From the IMG/VR virus record IMGVR_UViG_2718218398_000001, positions 1 through 29,509 of that record: 29,509 nt of DNA, one strand, 5' to 3'. This document shows positions 17,816 to 28,566 of the stretch, one piece after another. Below the pieces are notes generated by a model. That model was not told the origin of the DNA. It was given only the letters and a program-made list of their open reading frames with translations, and did no database searches. Position 1 is the first letter of the stretch; each line of letters begins with the position of its first letter. The position numbers were made by a program, and so were the translations under genes. Origin of the DNA: a virus (Duplodnaviria > Heunggongvirae > Uroviricota > Caudoviricetes).

Positions 17816-18413
17816 TCTGCTGCCACCGGGTTCAACTTCACTGGAGCGCCGACTGGCGCAAACCTGTAGCGGGATTTCTGATCTGCAGGTGCCGCTGCGT
17901 GACTTGTGGAATCCGGCTACCTGTCCGGTCAGCTTCCTGCCTTATCTCGCCTGGGCGTTCTCTGTGGATCGCTGGGACGAGGGCTGGACAGAAAGCGTCA
18001 AACGCCAGGTAGTGAAGGATGCTTTTTATATTCATCAGCATAAAGGAACCACCAGTGCCGTGCGGCGGGTGGTGGAACCGTTCGGATTCCTGATCCGCAT
18101 TATTGAGTGGTGGCAGACCGGAGAGGCTCCGGGCACGTTTCGCCTGGATATCGGCGTGCAGGACCAGGGCATCACTGAAGATACCTATCTGGAACTTGAG
18201 CGACTGATAAGCGATGCCAAACCATGTAGCCGCCACATGATCGGCATGTCCATCAATCTGCAGACCAGCGGCCCGCATTGGGTGGGAGCCGCCAGCTATC
18301 TTGGCGAAGAAATCACGATCTATCCGTATATCAACGAAACAATTATTTCTGGCGGCACCGCGCATGAAGGCGGGGCGGTCCATGTTATTGACACAATGAG
18401 AGTGAATCCATGA
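17808..18413 (+). CDS. I: Baseplate assembly protein gpI
   Basis: 201-aa product in conserved P2 order. Confidence 0.8.
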   Translation: MNSLLPPGSTSLERRLAQTCSGISDLQVPLRDLWNPATCPVSFLPYLAWAFSVDRWDEGWTESVKRQVVKDAFYIHQHKGTTSAVRRVVEPFGFLIRIIEWWQTGEAPGTFRLDIGVQDQGITEDTYLELERLISDAKPCSRHMIGMSINLQTSGPHWVGAASYLGEEITIYPYINETIISGGTAHEGGAVHVIDTMRVNP

Positions 18414-19792
18414 GCACAAAATTTTATACCCTGCTGACGGATATTGGCGCGGCGAAACTTGCCAGCGCCGCCGCGCTCGGTGTGCCGCTAAAAATTACCC
18501 ATATGGCGGTGGGCGATGGTGGCGGAACATTGCCGACGCCGGACGCAAAGCAGAGTGCACTGGTAAATGAGAAACGTCGGGCTGCGCTGAATATGCTCTA
18601 TATCGACCCACAGAACAGCAGCCAGATTATTGCTGAACAGGTGATCCCTGAAAACGAGGGCGGTTGGTGGATACGTGAAGTGGGCCTGTTTGATGAGTCA
18701 GGGGCATTGATTGCCGTGGGCAACTGCCCGGAAAGCTATAAGCCGCAACTGGCTGAAGGCAGCGGGCGTACCCAGACCGTGCGCATGGTGCTGATTACCA
18801 GCAGCACGGACAATATCACCCTGAAAATCGACCCTGCTGTAGTGCTGGCAACCCGCAAGTATGTGGATGACAAGGCACTGGAGCTGAAGGTGTACGCGGA
18901 TGATCAGATGGCAAAACATCTTGCCGCACCGGACCCGCATTCACAGTATGCAGCCAAAGAAAGTCCTACGTTTACCGGGACACCCAAAGCGCCAACGCCA
19001 GCGACGGGGAATAACACCACGCAGGTTGCGACCACCGCATTTGTTCAGGCGGCACTGACGGCTCTTATTAATGATGCGCCAGCCACGCTGGACACGCTGA
19101 AAGAAATAGCCGTAGCCATTAACAATGATCCGAAATTCAGTACCACCATTAACAATGCGCTGGCACTGAAAGCGCCGCTGTCGAGTCCGGCACTCACCGG
19201 AACGCCAACCGCACCGACTGCGGCACAGTCGGTCAACAATACACAGATTGCCACCACGGCATTTGTGAAATCGGCGATTGCGGCAATGGTGGGTTCTGCA
19301 CCTGCGGCACTGGATACACTGAACGAACTGGCGGCGGCGCTGGGGAATGACCCGAACTTTGCCACGACAATGCTTAATGCACTGGCAGGTAAACAACCGC
19401 TGGACAATACGCTGACTAATTTGAGTGGAAAGGATGTTGCTGGTCTTCTCGCATACCTTGGTTTGGGAGAAGCGGCAAAACGGAATGTGGGAACAGGGGA
19501 AAATCAGATACCTGATATGTCAGCTTATTCATCAGGATCTGGCTGGCAAAAATTGCCTGATGGTTCAATTGAACAGTGGGGAAGAATTAATTTCCCGAAT
19601 AACGCCGCGGCGGTATCTACAAATGTGACTTTCACCATTCCTTTTACGCAGGAGCCAGACGTAGTGATTGTATATGACGGCGGTTTTGGTGGTGGGAATA
19701 TGTGGGGCGCAACTAACTGGACGAAAACAGGTTTCGTTGCTCATTGTAACTATGGCTTTGAAGGTGGAGCCTTCTACGCGAAAGGGCGTTAA
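18410..19792 (+). CDS. H: Tail fibre protein gpH (constant N-terminal part plus invertible C-terminal receptor-binding part)
   Basis: 460-aa product with a conserved N-terminus (MSTKFYTLLTDIGAAKLA...). The C-terminal region after the LGLGE crossover point (about 19459) lies inside the invertible segment. Confidence 0.85.
   Translation: MSTKFYTLLTDIGAAKLASAAALGVPLKITHMAVGDGGGTLPTPDAKQSALVNEKRRAALNMLYIDPQNSSQIIAEQVIPENEGGWWIREVGLFDESGALIAVGNCPESYKPQLAEGSGRTQTVRMVLITSSTDNITLKIDPAVVLATRKYVDDKALELKVYADDQMAKHLAAPDPHSQYAAKESPTFTGTPKAPTPATGNNTTQVATTAFVQAALTALINDAPATLDTLKEIAVAINNDPKFSTTINNALALKAPLSSPALTGTPTAPTAAQSVNNTQIATTAFVKSAIAAMVGSAPAALDTLNELAAALGNDPNFATTMLNALAGKQPLDNTLTNLSGKDVAGLLAYLGLGEAAKRNVGTGENQIPDMSAYSSGSGWQKLPDGSIEQWGRINFPNNAAAVSTNVTFTIPFTQEPDVVIVYDGGFGGGNMWGATNWTKTGFVAHCNYGFEGGAFYAKGR
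18962..19402 (+). repeat. Tandem protein-coding repeat in H (two units of about 73 aa, phage tail-fibre repeat)
   Basis: SPTFTGTPKAPTPATGNNTTQVATTAFVQAAL...DTLKEIAVAINNDPKFSTTINNALALKAPL is followed by SSPALTGTPTAPTAAQSVNNTQIATTAFVKSAI...DTLNELAAALGNDPNFATTMLNALAGKQPL. Confidence 0.7.
19446..19471. other. Inversion crossover site (hix/gix/cix-like, 26 bp) inside H
   Basis: ttctcgcatacc TT ggtttgggagaa: 12-bp imperfect inverted half-sites around a central TT. 21 of 26 positions match the reverse complement of the site at 21304..21329, including a perfect 14-bp block. Confidence 0.75.
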
Positions 19793-19794
19793 TT

Positions 19795-20235
19795 ATGAAA
19801 TATTTGTATGTTGATAATCTGGCGTACCCTTATGCCCTCCAGTCTGTTTACGCTGCAAAAGGCCAATGGCCCGAAGGTAAAGGCGTGGATATAGACGAAG
19901 CTATTTTCAGGGAATATTTCCATGATACGCCGCCTGACGGTAAGTACAGAATTACCGGAGACGATGGAATGCCAGCATGGGCAGATGTTCCACCGCCAAC
20001 ACGTGAAGAACAAATTGCATCAGCCGAAACTAAAAAGCAGCAATTGATTAATCAGGCCAACGATTATATGAACAGTAGACAATGGGCTGGTAAAGCGGCT
20101 ATTGGTCGTCTGAAAGGTGAGGAACTGGCGCAATATAATTTGTGGCTGGATTATCTGGACGCACTGGAGCTGGTCGATACTTCCAGTGCACCAGATATTG
20201 AATGGCCTACTCCTCCGGCAGTTCAGGCCAGATGA
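19795..20235 (+). CDS. Tail fibre assembly chaperone (Tfa, gpG-like), orientation-specific copy
   Basis: 146-aa product with the conserved Tfa C-terminus (...LWLDYLDALELVDTSSAPDIEWP). Immediately follows H. Confidence 0.8.
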   Translation: MKYLYVDNLAYPYALQSVYAAKGQWPEGKGVDIDEAIFREYFHDTPPDGKYRITGDDGMPAWADVPPPTREEQIASAETKKQQLINQANDYMNSRQWAGKAAIGRLKGEELAQYNLWLDYLDALELVDTSSAPDIEWPTPPAVQAR

Positions 20236-20809
20236 CATCCGGCGCGGTGCTGATATCTGTTGCCGTCACCGCGTCAATGTAATCCAGCACAGCGTTAAGC
20301 CGGGTTGTTTCTGCCTGCGTCAGTTTCCGCCCGGCCTGTAATTTCAGTTGAATCAGACTAATGGAAGCCATTGCAGTATCAATCAGTGACTGACGCTGTG
20401 CTTCTGCCGCGTCTACTGCGGCGCGATGCTGTGCCTCAGTATCGGTCACCCATTTCTCACCATCCCATTTATCGTATGGCGTTAATGGGGCGATAGTGGT
20501 TGTATTTTCGGGGTAATCACCCGGAGTTGTGATTTCTTTGGTGTCTCCCGTTTCGGTGTTATAGACGATTTCACCGCGATGGTCTGGCACATATTCCCAT
20601 GAGTTTAAATCTGCCGAACGGCAGATTGCATAACCAGCCTTATGTATACCAGGTTCATCCAGACAGGAATATGCCGGGATACCAACACCAACGGCAAGAT
20701 ATTCATTTGAAGTGGAAATATATTCCCGAGTTTCACCATCATAGCTATAGACGGTAATATTCCCCGCCTTCGTGGCAATAAGCTCGCTATTTAATACAGC
20801 GTTATCCAT
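20207..20809 (-). CDS. Alternative tail fibre assembly chaperone (Tfa') for the inverted orientation
   Basis: 200-aa minus-strand product with a Tfa-type C-terminus (...LNAVLDYIDAVTATDISTAPDVIWPELPEE), converging on and overlapping the plus-strand tfa by 29 bp. Confidence 0.75.
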   Translation of the reverse strand: MDNAVLNSELIATKAGNITVYSYDGETREYISTSNEYLAVGVGIPAYSCLDEPGIHKAGYAICRSADLNSWEYVPDHRGEIVYNTETGDTKEITTPGDYPENTTTIAPLTPYDKWDGEKWVTDTEAQHRAAVDAAEAQRQSLIDTAMASISLIQLKLQAGRKLTQAETTRLNAVLDYIDAVTATDISTAPDVIWPELPEE

Positions 20810-21316
20810 TATGCAGCTCTCACAATATAATTAAATGACGTATTACGTGGTCGTACTGATATCCATGCACTATAAAAACCGTCTTCTGCTGTTCTCTGCG
20901 TTCCCGTAATGGAGTTATCAGACGAAGCTGGAACATAGTTACTGCTGTCGCCAGCTTTAGAATTAGCAGGTATCCCGCTTGTTTGTACTTTATCGGCGGA
21001 AGCAAATGCTATCCCCACCTTGACAGAGGTTGTTGTATCAACCCCGTAATAATCCTGTAACGCTGTACGAATAAAAGTTGCATCCTGACCACTGAGTAGT
21101 GATCGTCCACTGTCTACACCGCGTCCATCATCCCAGCCACGAATAAACTCACCGCGTAAATCAGGCAATTTATTTGTCGGGTAAGCCTTTGCCAGTTCCG
21201 GGTATTCTTCAGCAGAAAAAGCTGCACCATTGCATTTCAACCAGCCTGTCGGTGGTGTAGCTGAAGGCCACGGAACAGGCACACCAACCGGTAATGCTGA
21301 ACCTTCTCCCAAACCA
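20809..21316 (-). CDS. Alternative tail fibre C-terminal (receptor-binding) segment, promoterless, expressed only after inversion
   Basis: The minus-strand ORF encodes ...LGLGEGSALPVGVPVPWP..., sharing the LGLGE junction with H at the crossover site. Its stop overlaps the Tfa' start (TAATG). The six-frame ORF extends to 21357, but sequence beyond the site is outside the segment. Confidence 0.7.
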
Positions 21317-21329
21317 ACGTTTAAGAAAA
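21304..21329. other. Inversion crossover site (hix/gix/cix-like, 26 bp), inverted partner of 19446..19471
   Basis: ttctcccaaacc AA cgtttaagaaaa: the central dinucleotide AA is complementary to the TT of the partner site. Lies just upstream of the invertase gene. Confidence 0.75.
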
Positions 21330-21384
21330 TGCAGAGGTAACAGCTAACTGGCATCATCTCCGGTTTTTATTCAGGGGGATGATC

Positions 21385-21951
21385 ATGCTTATTGGCTATG
21401 TACGCGTGTCAACAAATGACCAGAACACCGATTTGCAACGTAATGCACTGAACTGCGCGGGATGTGAGCGGATTTTTGAGGACAAAATCAGTGGCACTAA
21501 GTCCGACAGACCGGGGCTGAAAAAACTACTCAGGACACTATCGGCAGGAGACACGCTGGTTGTCTGGAAGCTGGACAGGTTGGGGCGCAGTATGCGGCAT
21601 CTTGTTACGCTGATAGAAGAGTTGCGCCAGCGTGGTGTGAATTTCAGAAGCCTGACTGACAGTATTGATACCAGTACCCCAATGGGCCGTTTCTTTTTTC
21701 ATGTCATGGGTGCCCTGGCTGAAATGGAACGCGAACTGATAGTTGAACGTACCAGGGCAGGGCTGGCTGCAGCTCGTGCCAAAGGCAGAGTAGGTGGACG
21801 CCGTCCTAAGTTGACCACCGAACAGTGGGCACAGATTGGGCGTTTACTCGAGGCCGGAGAATCAAGACAGCGTATTGCACTGATTTTTGATGTAGGCGTT
21901 TCTACCATTTATAGAAAATTTCCGGCAAATAAGATCAATGAATCCCCCTGA
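21385..21951 (+). CDS. pin: Serine recombinase, DNA invertase of the Gin/Hin/Cin/Pin family
   Basis: MLIGYVRVSTNDQNTDLQRNAL... is near-identical at the N-terminus to Gin/Cin/Pin, including catalytic Ser in YVRVSTNDQ. C-terminal HTH (GVSTIYRKF). Start is probably ATG 21385; the ORF opens at 21379. Confidence 0.9.
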   Translation: MLIGYVRVSTNDQNTDLQRNALNCAGCERIFEDKISGTKSDRPGLKKLLRTLSAGDTLVVWKLDRLGRSMRHLVTLIEELRQRGVNFRSLTDSIDTSTPMGRFFFHVMGALAEMERELIVERTRAGLAAARAKGRVGGRRPKLTTEQWAQIGRLLEAGESRQRIALIFDVGVSTIYRKFPANKINESP

Positions 21952-21999
21952 ATCAGCATTATGTTGATTATCCCTGCAAGCAGACAAATACCGTTATTT

Positions 22000-22017
22000 T
22001 GTGTGAATAACGACACA
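22000..22017. promoter_or_regulatory. Ogr-type late promoter element upstream of FI (TGT-N12-ACA)
   Basis: tgt gtgaataacgac aca, about 75-95 bp upstream of the FI start codon (22094). Confidence 0.45.
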
Positions 22018-22093
22018 ACTGCGTTTAGCTGTTTGTCAGGCACAATCACTTCAACATAGGGCGAAGCCTAATCCAATCAGGAGGTTCGCCACT

Positions 22094-23267
22094 ATGGCTC
22101 AGGATTACCACCACGGGGTGCGCGTTGTTGAAGTCAACGAAGGCACCCGATCTATTACCACGGTGAGCACCGCCATCGTGGGTATGGTCTGCACGGGCGA
22201 TGATGCCGATGCAAAAATGTTTCCTCTTAATAAACCCGTGCTGATCACTGATGTGCTGACTGCCAGCGGTAAAGCGGGTGAGTCCGGTACTCTGGCCCGT
22301 TCGCTGGATGCCATCGCTGACCAGGCAAAACCCGTGACCATTGTTGTGCGTGTGCCGCAGGGTGAAACGGAAGACGAAACCACGACCAATATCATCGGCG
22401 CAGTGACTGCTGAAGGTAAAAAAACAGGTATGAAAGCCCTGTTATCTGCCCAGTCACAGCTCGGCGTTAAACCGCGCATTCTCGGCGTGCCAGGCCACGA
22501 CACCAAGGCGGTGGCTACTGAGTTGCTGAGCGTGGCGCAAAGCCTGCGTGGATTTGCTTACCTGTCAGCGTATGGCTGCAAGACAGTGCAGGAGGCGATC
22601 ACTTACCGCGAAAACTTCAGCCAGCGCGAAGGGATGCTGATCTGGCCTGACTTTACTGGCTGGGACACGGTGCTGAATGCCGAAGCAACGGCATATGCCA
22701 CCGCTCGTGCGCTTGGTCTGCGCGCCAAAATTGACGAGCAGACCGGATGGCACAAAAGCCTGTCCAACGTGGGCGTGAACGGTGTCACCGGAATTTCTGC
22801 AGATGTGTTCTGGGATCTGCAGGACCCGGCAACCGATGCAGGTCTGCTGAACCAGAACGACGTCACCACGCTTGTGCGTAAAGACGGTTTCCGCTTCTGG
22901 GGTTCCCGCTGCCTGAGTGATGACCCGCTCTTTGCCTTCGAAAACTACACCCGCACGGCGCAGGTGCTGATGGACACGATGGCAGAAGCACACATGTGGG
23001 CGGTGGATAAAACCGCTTAACCCGTCGCTGGCCCGCGACATTATCGAAGGTATCCGCGCCAAAATGCGCAGCCTGGTCAGTCAGGGCTATCTCATTGGTG
23101 GTGATTGCTGGCTGGATGAGTCGGTGAACGACAAAGACACGCTGAAAGCCGGAAAACTCACCATCGACTACGACTACACGCCAGTGCCGCCACTTGAAAA
23201 CCTGATGCTGCGTCAGCGCATCACCGATCAGTACCTGGTGAATTTCGCCAGCCAGGTCAGCGCGTAA
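22094..23267 (+). pseudogene. FI: Tail sheath protein gpFI, one frame change near 23010
   Basis: ORF 22094..23020 (308 aa) plus ORF 23064..23267 in another frame give about 390 aa, matching P2 FI (396 aa). RBS AGGAGG precedes the ATG. Confidence 0.85.
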
Positions 23268-23276
23268 GGGGACAAC

Positions 23277-23792
23277 ATGGCTTTACCACGCAAATTAAAA
23301 CACCTGAACCTGTTTAACGACGGGAACAACTGGCAGGGGATCGTTGAGTCGCTGACGCTGCCGAAATTTACCCGCAAATATGAGAAGTATCGCGGCGGCG
23401 GAATGCCGGGTGCGGTGGATGTGGATCTGGGGCTTGATGACAGTGCGCTGGACACAGAATTTTCCATTGGTGGTACTGAATTGCTGCTGTTTAAACAGAT
23501 GGGTAAAGCCACGGTGGATGGCATCCAGCTGCGCTTTACCGGCTCTATTCAGCGTGACGATACCGGGGAAGTGCAGGCCGTGGAGCTTGTCGTGCGTGGA
23601 CGTCACAAAGAAGTGGATTCCGGCGAGTGGAAGACGGGCGAAAGCAACACCACCAAAGTGACCAGTACCAACAGCTACGCGAAGCTGACCATCAATGGTG
23701 AGGTGCTCTATGAAGTGGACCTTATCAACATGGTGGAAATTGTGGACGGTGTGGACCTGATGGAAGCGCACCGCAACGCCCTCGGCCTCTGA
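23277..23792 (+). CDS. FII: Tail tube protein gpFII
   Basis: 171-aa product directly after FI, the size and order of P2 FII. Confidence 0.85.
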   Translation: MALPRKLKHLNLFNDGNNWQGIVESLTLPKFTRKYEKYRGGGMPGAVDVDLGLDDSALDTEFSIGGTELLLFKQMGKATVDGIQLRFTGSIQRDDTGEVQAVELVVRGRHKEVDSGEWKTGESNTTKVTSTNSYAKLTINGEVLYEVDLINMVEIVDGVDLMEAHRNALGL

Positions 23793-23846
23793 TATATCTG
23801 AACGGCGCGGGATACCGCGCCAGAACCCAATTGACAGGACAGCAAA

Positions 23847-24284
23847 ATGAGCGATAAGCAGACTGAAAAGACCATTCAACTGGATACCCCATCAAGCGCG
23901 GTAAAACAGAAATCACCGAAATTGTGCTGCGTAAACCGCAGTCCGGTGCGCTGCGCGGTACACGCCTGCAGGCCATTATGGATATGGATGTAAACGCGAT
24001 GATGACCGTGATCCCCCGCATCTCCCAGTCCCGGCACTGACTGCACAGGAAATTGCAGAGATGGACCCGGCAGATCTCACTGCCATGTCGGTTGAGGTTG
24101 TCACTTTTTTGTTGAAGAAGTCGGTGCTTGCCGGTTTACCGACAGCCTGACGGTTGACGATCTGGTGGCAGATATCGCCACCATTTTTCACTGGCCGCCA
24201 TCCGTTACTGACGTTATGCCGCTGACCGAAGTGCTGGAATGGCGGTATAAAGCGATTCAGAGAAGCGGGGCCAACGATGAGTGA
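23847..24284 (+). pseudogene. E: Tail assembly chaperone gpE/E' with T6G programmed -1 frameshift site; additionally frame-disrupted near 23890
   Basis: ATG 23847. Conserved slippery heptamer TTTTTTG at 24105..24111 (the P2 E/E' site). The N-terminal frame is broken in a C-run: gataccccatc (C4) needs C5 to read DTPIKRGKTEITEIVLRKPQSG. The E' frame ends at 24282..24284. Confidence 0.7.
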
Positions 24285-27200
24285 TAACAACCTGCGTCTG
24301 CAGGTCATTCTTAATGCGGTTGACAAGCTTACCCGCCCATTTCGATCTGCGCAGGCCAGTTCAAGAGAACTGGCTGCTGCTGTCAAAAAATCCCGCGATG
24401 CAATAAAGCAGCTTGATCAGGCCGGGAGCAGTCTGGACAGCTTCCGAAAGCTGCAGGCAGAAAATCAGAAATTAGGCGACAGGCTGAACTATGCCCGCCA
24501 GCGTGCAAATTTGCTCAGTCAGGAACTGGGAGCGATGGGGCCGCCTTCGCAACGTCAGGTTGTTGCTCTGGGCCGTCAACGGCTGGCTGTTCAGCGCCTG
24601 GAAGAACGCCAGAAAAAGCTGCAGCAGCAGACGGCGCTTGTGCGTGCTGAACTGTACCGGGCGGGAATTTCTGCGAAAGACGATGCGGGAGCAACTGCCC
24701 GTTTAGCCCGTGAAACATCACGTTATAACCAGGAACTTTCGAAACAGGAGGCGCGGCTGAAGCGACTGGGGGAAGCTCAGCGCAGGATGAATGCAGCGCG
24801 TGCCAGTTATGCCCGTTCGCTGGAGGTGCGTGATCGTATTGCAGGTGCCGGAGCCACCACCACGGCTGCAGGGCTGGCAATGGGCGCAACCAGTGATGGC
24901 GGCAGTAAAAAAGCTATACCAGCATGGAAGATGCCATGAAAGGTGTGGCAAAGCAGGTCAATGGTCTGCGTGACGATAATGGCAACCGCACTGCACGTTT
25001 TTATGAAATGCAGGATGCCATCAAGGCTGCCAGCCGAACAGTTGCCGATGGAAAACGGTGCGGTGGATTTCGCTGCACTGGTTGAAGGTGGTGCGCGCAT
25101 GAACGTCGCAAACCCTGACGACAGTTGGGAAGATCAGAAACGTGACCTGCTGGCCTTCGCCAGTACGGCAGCAAAGGCGGCAACAGCCTTTGAGCTGCCA
25201 GCGGATGAACTGTCAGAAAGTCTGGGGAAAATCGCCCAGCTCTACAAAATCCCCACCCGCAATATTGAACAGCTCGGCGATGCGCTGAACTATCTGGATG
25301 ATAACGCCATGTCGAAAGGGGCAGACATCATTGATGTGATGCAACGTCTGGGCGGTGTGGCTGACCGTCTGGATTATCGTAAAGCGGCGGCGCTGGGTTC
25401 CACCTTCCTGACACTGGGCGCTGCGCCAGAGGTTGCAGCCAGTGCAGCAAACGCGATGGTGCGTGAATTGTCCATTGCCACCATGCAAAGCAAGAGTTTC
25501 TTTGAAGGGATGAATCTGCTGAAACTCAATCCTGAAGTGATTGAAAAGCAGATGACGAAGGATGCGATGGGAACCATCCAGCGCGTGCTGGAGAAGGTAA
25601 ACGCGCTGCCGCAGGACAAGCGCCTGTCTGCCCATGACTATGTTGTTTGGTAAAGAGTTTGGCGATGAATGCGGCGAAACTGGCAAACAACCTGCCGGAA
25701 CTGCAGCGTCAGTTAAAACTGACAGCGGGCAATGATGCGCTCGGCTCCATGCAGAAAGAATCCGACATTAACAAGGATTCACTTTCTGCGCAGTGGTTGC
25801 TGGTCAAAACCGGAGCGCAGAACACCTTCAGCAGTCTGGGCGAAACGCTGCGCCAGCCGCTGATGGATATTCTGTACACGGTGAAAAGCGTCACGGGGGC
25901 GTTGCCGTCGCTGGGTGGAAGCTAACCCGGAACTGACAGGCACACTGATGAAAGCAATCGGCTGTTGTGGCTGCGGTTACCGTCGGCCTAGGCACCTTAG
26001 CGGTGGCGATGGCTGCAGTGCTGGGGCCGCTGGCAGTGATCCGTCCTGGGATTCTCTGTGCTGGGTATCAAAACGTTACCTTCCGTTATGGCAGCAGTAA
26101 CTCGAACCAGCAACGCGTTGTCCCTGGTTGGCTGGCGCTCCACTGGCACTGCTGCGACGCGGGCTTGCTTCATCGGGCAACGCCGCAGGTTTACTTACTG
26201 CGCCGTTGTCGTCTTTGCGCCCGCACGGCATCACTGACGGGAAATGTCCTGAAAACTGTAAGCAGGTGCGCCAGTTGCACTTTTGCGGTCTGGATTATCC
26301 GGTTTTACGTGCTGTTGCTGTGATGTTTATGAATCCTCTGGCGGTACTGCGCGGTGGACTGGCCGCCGCAGGCACGGTGCTGCGAGTACTGGCATCTGGT
26401 CCACTGGCGATGCTGCGCGTTGCCCTGTATGCCATATCTGGGTCTGTTAGGTGCTCTGCTCAGTCCGATAGGTCCTTGTGGTTACTGCACTGGCGGGCGT
26501 GGCGCTGGTTTGTCTGGAAATACTGGCAACCCATCACCGCATTTCTCGGTGGCGTGGTGGAAGGATTCAAAGCGGCGGCAGGTCCATCAGTGCAGCGTTC
26601 GAACCGCTTAAGCCCGTGTTCCAGTGGATTGGCGACAAAGTGCAGGCGCTGTGGGGGCTGGTTTACTGATCTGCTGACGCCCGTTAAGTCGACCTCTGCC
26701 GAACTGCAGAGCGCAGCGGCAATGGGGCGGCGATTCGGGGAGGCACTGGCGGAAGGGCTGAATATGGTCATGCATCCGCTGGACTCCCTGAAATCCGGCG
26801 TTTCCTGGTTGCTGGAGAAGCTCGGCATTGTCAGTAAAGAGGCCGCAAAGGCAAAACTGCCGGAAAGCGTGACGCGTCAGCAACCTGCGACGGTGAATGC
26901 AGACGGTAAAGTGATGATGCCATCGGGTGGTTTTCCATCATGGGGATATGGCTTTGCGGGGATGTATGACAGCGGCGGGTATATCCCGCGCGGGCAGTTT
27001 GGCATCGTCGGTGAAAACGGACCGGAAATTGTTAACGGCCCGGCAAATGTGACCAGCCGGAGAAATACAGCTGCACTGGCTGCCGTTGTTGCCGGAATGA
27101 TGGGCGTTGCTGCCGCGCCAGCAGAGCTTCCACCGTTGCACCCTTGGCACTTCCCGCGAAAGGTGGAGAAGCAATTGTGAGTCGCGCAGCCACTGTGCCG

Positions 27201-27368
27201 CTCGTTCAACGGATTGAGGCACCGACGCAGATCATCATTCAGACGCAGCCAGGACAAAGTGCGCAGGATATTGCGCGGGAGGTGGCACGCCAGCTTGATG
27301 AACGTGAACGCAGGCTGAAGGCAAAAGCCAGGAGTAACTACAGCGATCAGGGGGGATACGACGCATGA
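24277..27368 (+). pseudogene. T: Tail tape measure protein gpT, multiply frame-disrupted
   Basis: ATG 24277 overlaps the E' end. Coiled-coil N-terminus and hydrophobic/Gly-Ala-rich internal repeats (PLALLRRGLASSGNAAGLL; NPLAVLRGGLAAAGTVL) spread over ORFs 24277..24939, 24943..25653, 25647..25925, 26128..27180 and 27144..27368. Stop overlaps the U start. Confidence 0.8.
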
Positions 27369-27850
27369 TGATGGTGCTGGGATTGTACGTGTTTATGCTG
27401 CGCACCGTTCCGTATCAGGAACTGCAGTATCAACGCAGCTGGCGACATGCGGCAAACAGTCGGGTAAACCGACGTCCGTCCACGCAGTTTCTGGGACCGG
27501 AAAACGACATGCTGACGCTTTCCGGTGTTCTTATGCCGGAAATAACAGGCGGCAGGCTGTCGTTGCTGGCACTGGAGCAGATGGCAGAACAGGGGAAAGC
27601 ATGGCCCCTGATTGAAGGCAGCGGCACGATTTACGGCATGTATGTGATTGAGGGACTGAATCAGACTAAAACGGAGTTTTTCCGCGACGGTATGCCGCGC
27701 CGGATTGAGTTCACCCTGTCGCTCAAACGAGTGGATGAATCCCTGTCCGATATGTTCGGTGATCTCAGTGCGCAACTGAATAATCTGCAGGACACGGCAA
27801 CGTCTGCCTTAAGCGATATCAGTAAAACGGTGGGAGGGCTGCTGTCGTGA
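27365..27850 (+). CDS. U: Tail protein gpU
   Basis: MMMVLGLYVFMLRTVPYQ...AWPLIEGSGTIYGMYVI...RRIEFTLSLKRVDESL is collinear with P2 gpU (MMLALGMFVFM...RAWPLLDGTGMIYGMYVI...). Confidence 0.85.
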   Translation: MMMVLGLYVFMLRTVPYQELQYQRSWRHAANSRVNRRPSTQFLGPENDMLTLSGVLMPEITGGRLSLLALEQMAEQGKAWPLIEGSGTIYGMYVIEGLNQTKTEFFRDGMPRRIEFTLSLKRVDESLSDMFGDLSAQLNNLQDTATSALSDISKTVGGLLS

Positions 27851-28566
27851 ATTTCAGCTCTGAACTGCTTAACAAAGGCAACAAAACTCCCGCATTCAGC
27901 ATCAGTATTGAGGGCAGGGATATCACCACTGTGCTGGATAACCGCCTGATGAGTTTGACGCTGACGGATAACCGGGGCTTTGAAGCGGACCAGCTTGATC
28001 TGGAGCTGGATGACGCTGACGGAAAAATCGTGCTGCCGCGCCGTGGTGCGGTTATTACGCTGGCGCTGGGCTGGAAGGGGCAGCCGCTTTTCCCGAAAGG
28101 GGCATTCACAGTGGACGAGATTGAACACACTGGCGCACCGGACCGCCTGACTATCCGGGCGCGAAGTGCTGATTTTAGGGAAACGCTGAATACCCGCCGT
28201 GAAAAATCGTGGCACAAGACCACTGTCGGGAAGTGGTGAAGGAAATAGCCGCGCGTCATAAGCTGAAGATGGCACTGGGTAAAGACCTGTCGGATAAGCC
28301 CGTGAGCATATAGACCAGACTAATGAGAGTGACGGCAGTTTTCTGATGCGGCTGGCGCGCCAGTACGGTGCCATCGCGTCGGTGAAAAATGGCAATCTGT
28401 TATTCATCCGGCAGGGACAGGGCAAAAGCGCCAGCGGTAAACCACTGCCGGTGATCTCAATCACACGTAAGGACGGCGACAGTCACCGCTTTACCCTGGC
28501 AGATCGCGGAGCCTACACGGGCGTAATTGCCAGCTGGTTGCATACCCGCGAACCCGCGAAGAAAGA
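27847..28566 (+). pseudogene. D: Tail protein gpD (late control gene D), frame-disrupted and 3'-truncated
   Basis: GTG 27847. The N-terminal 130 aa and the segment 28346..28560 (RLARQYGAIASVKNGNLLFIRQG...) match gpD in different frames. Homology stops at about 28560, roughly 240 of the expected ~387 codons. Confidence 0.7.
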
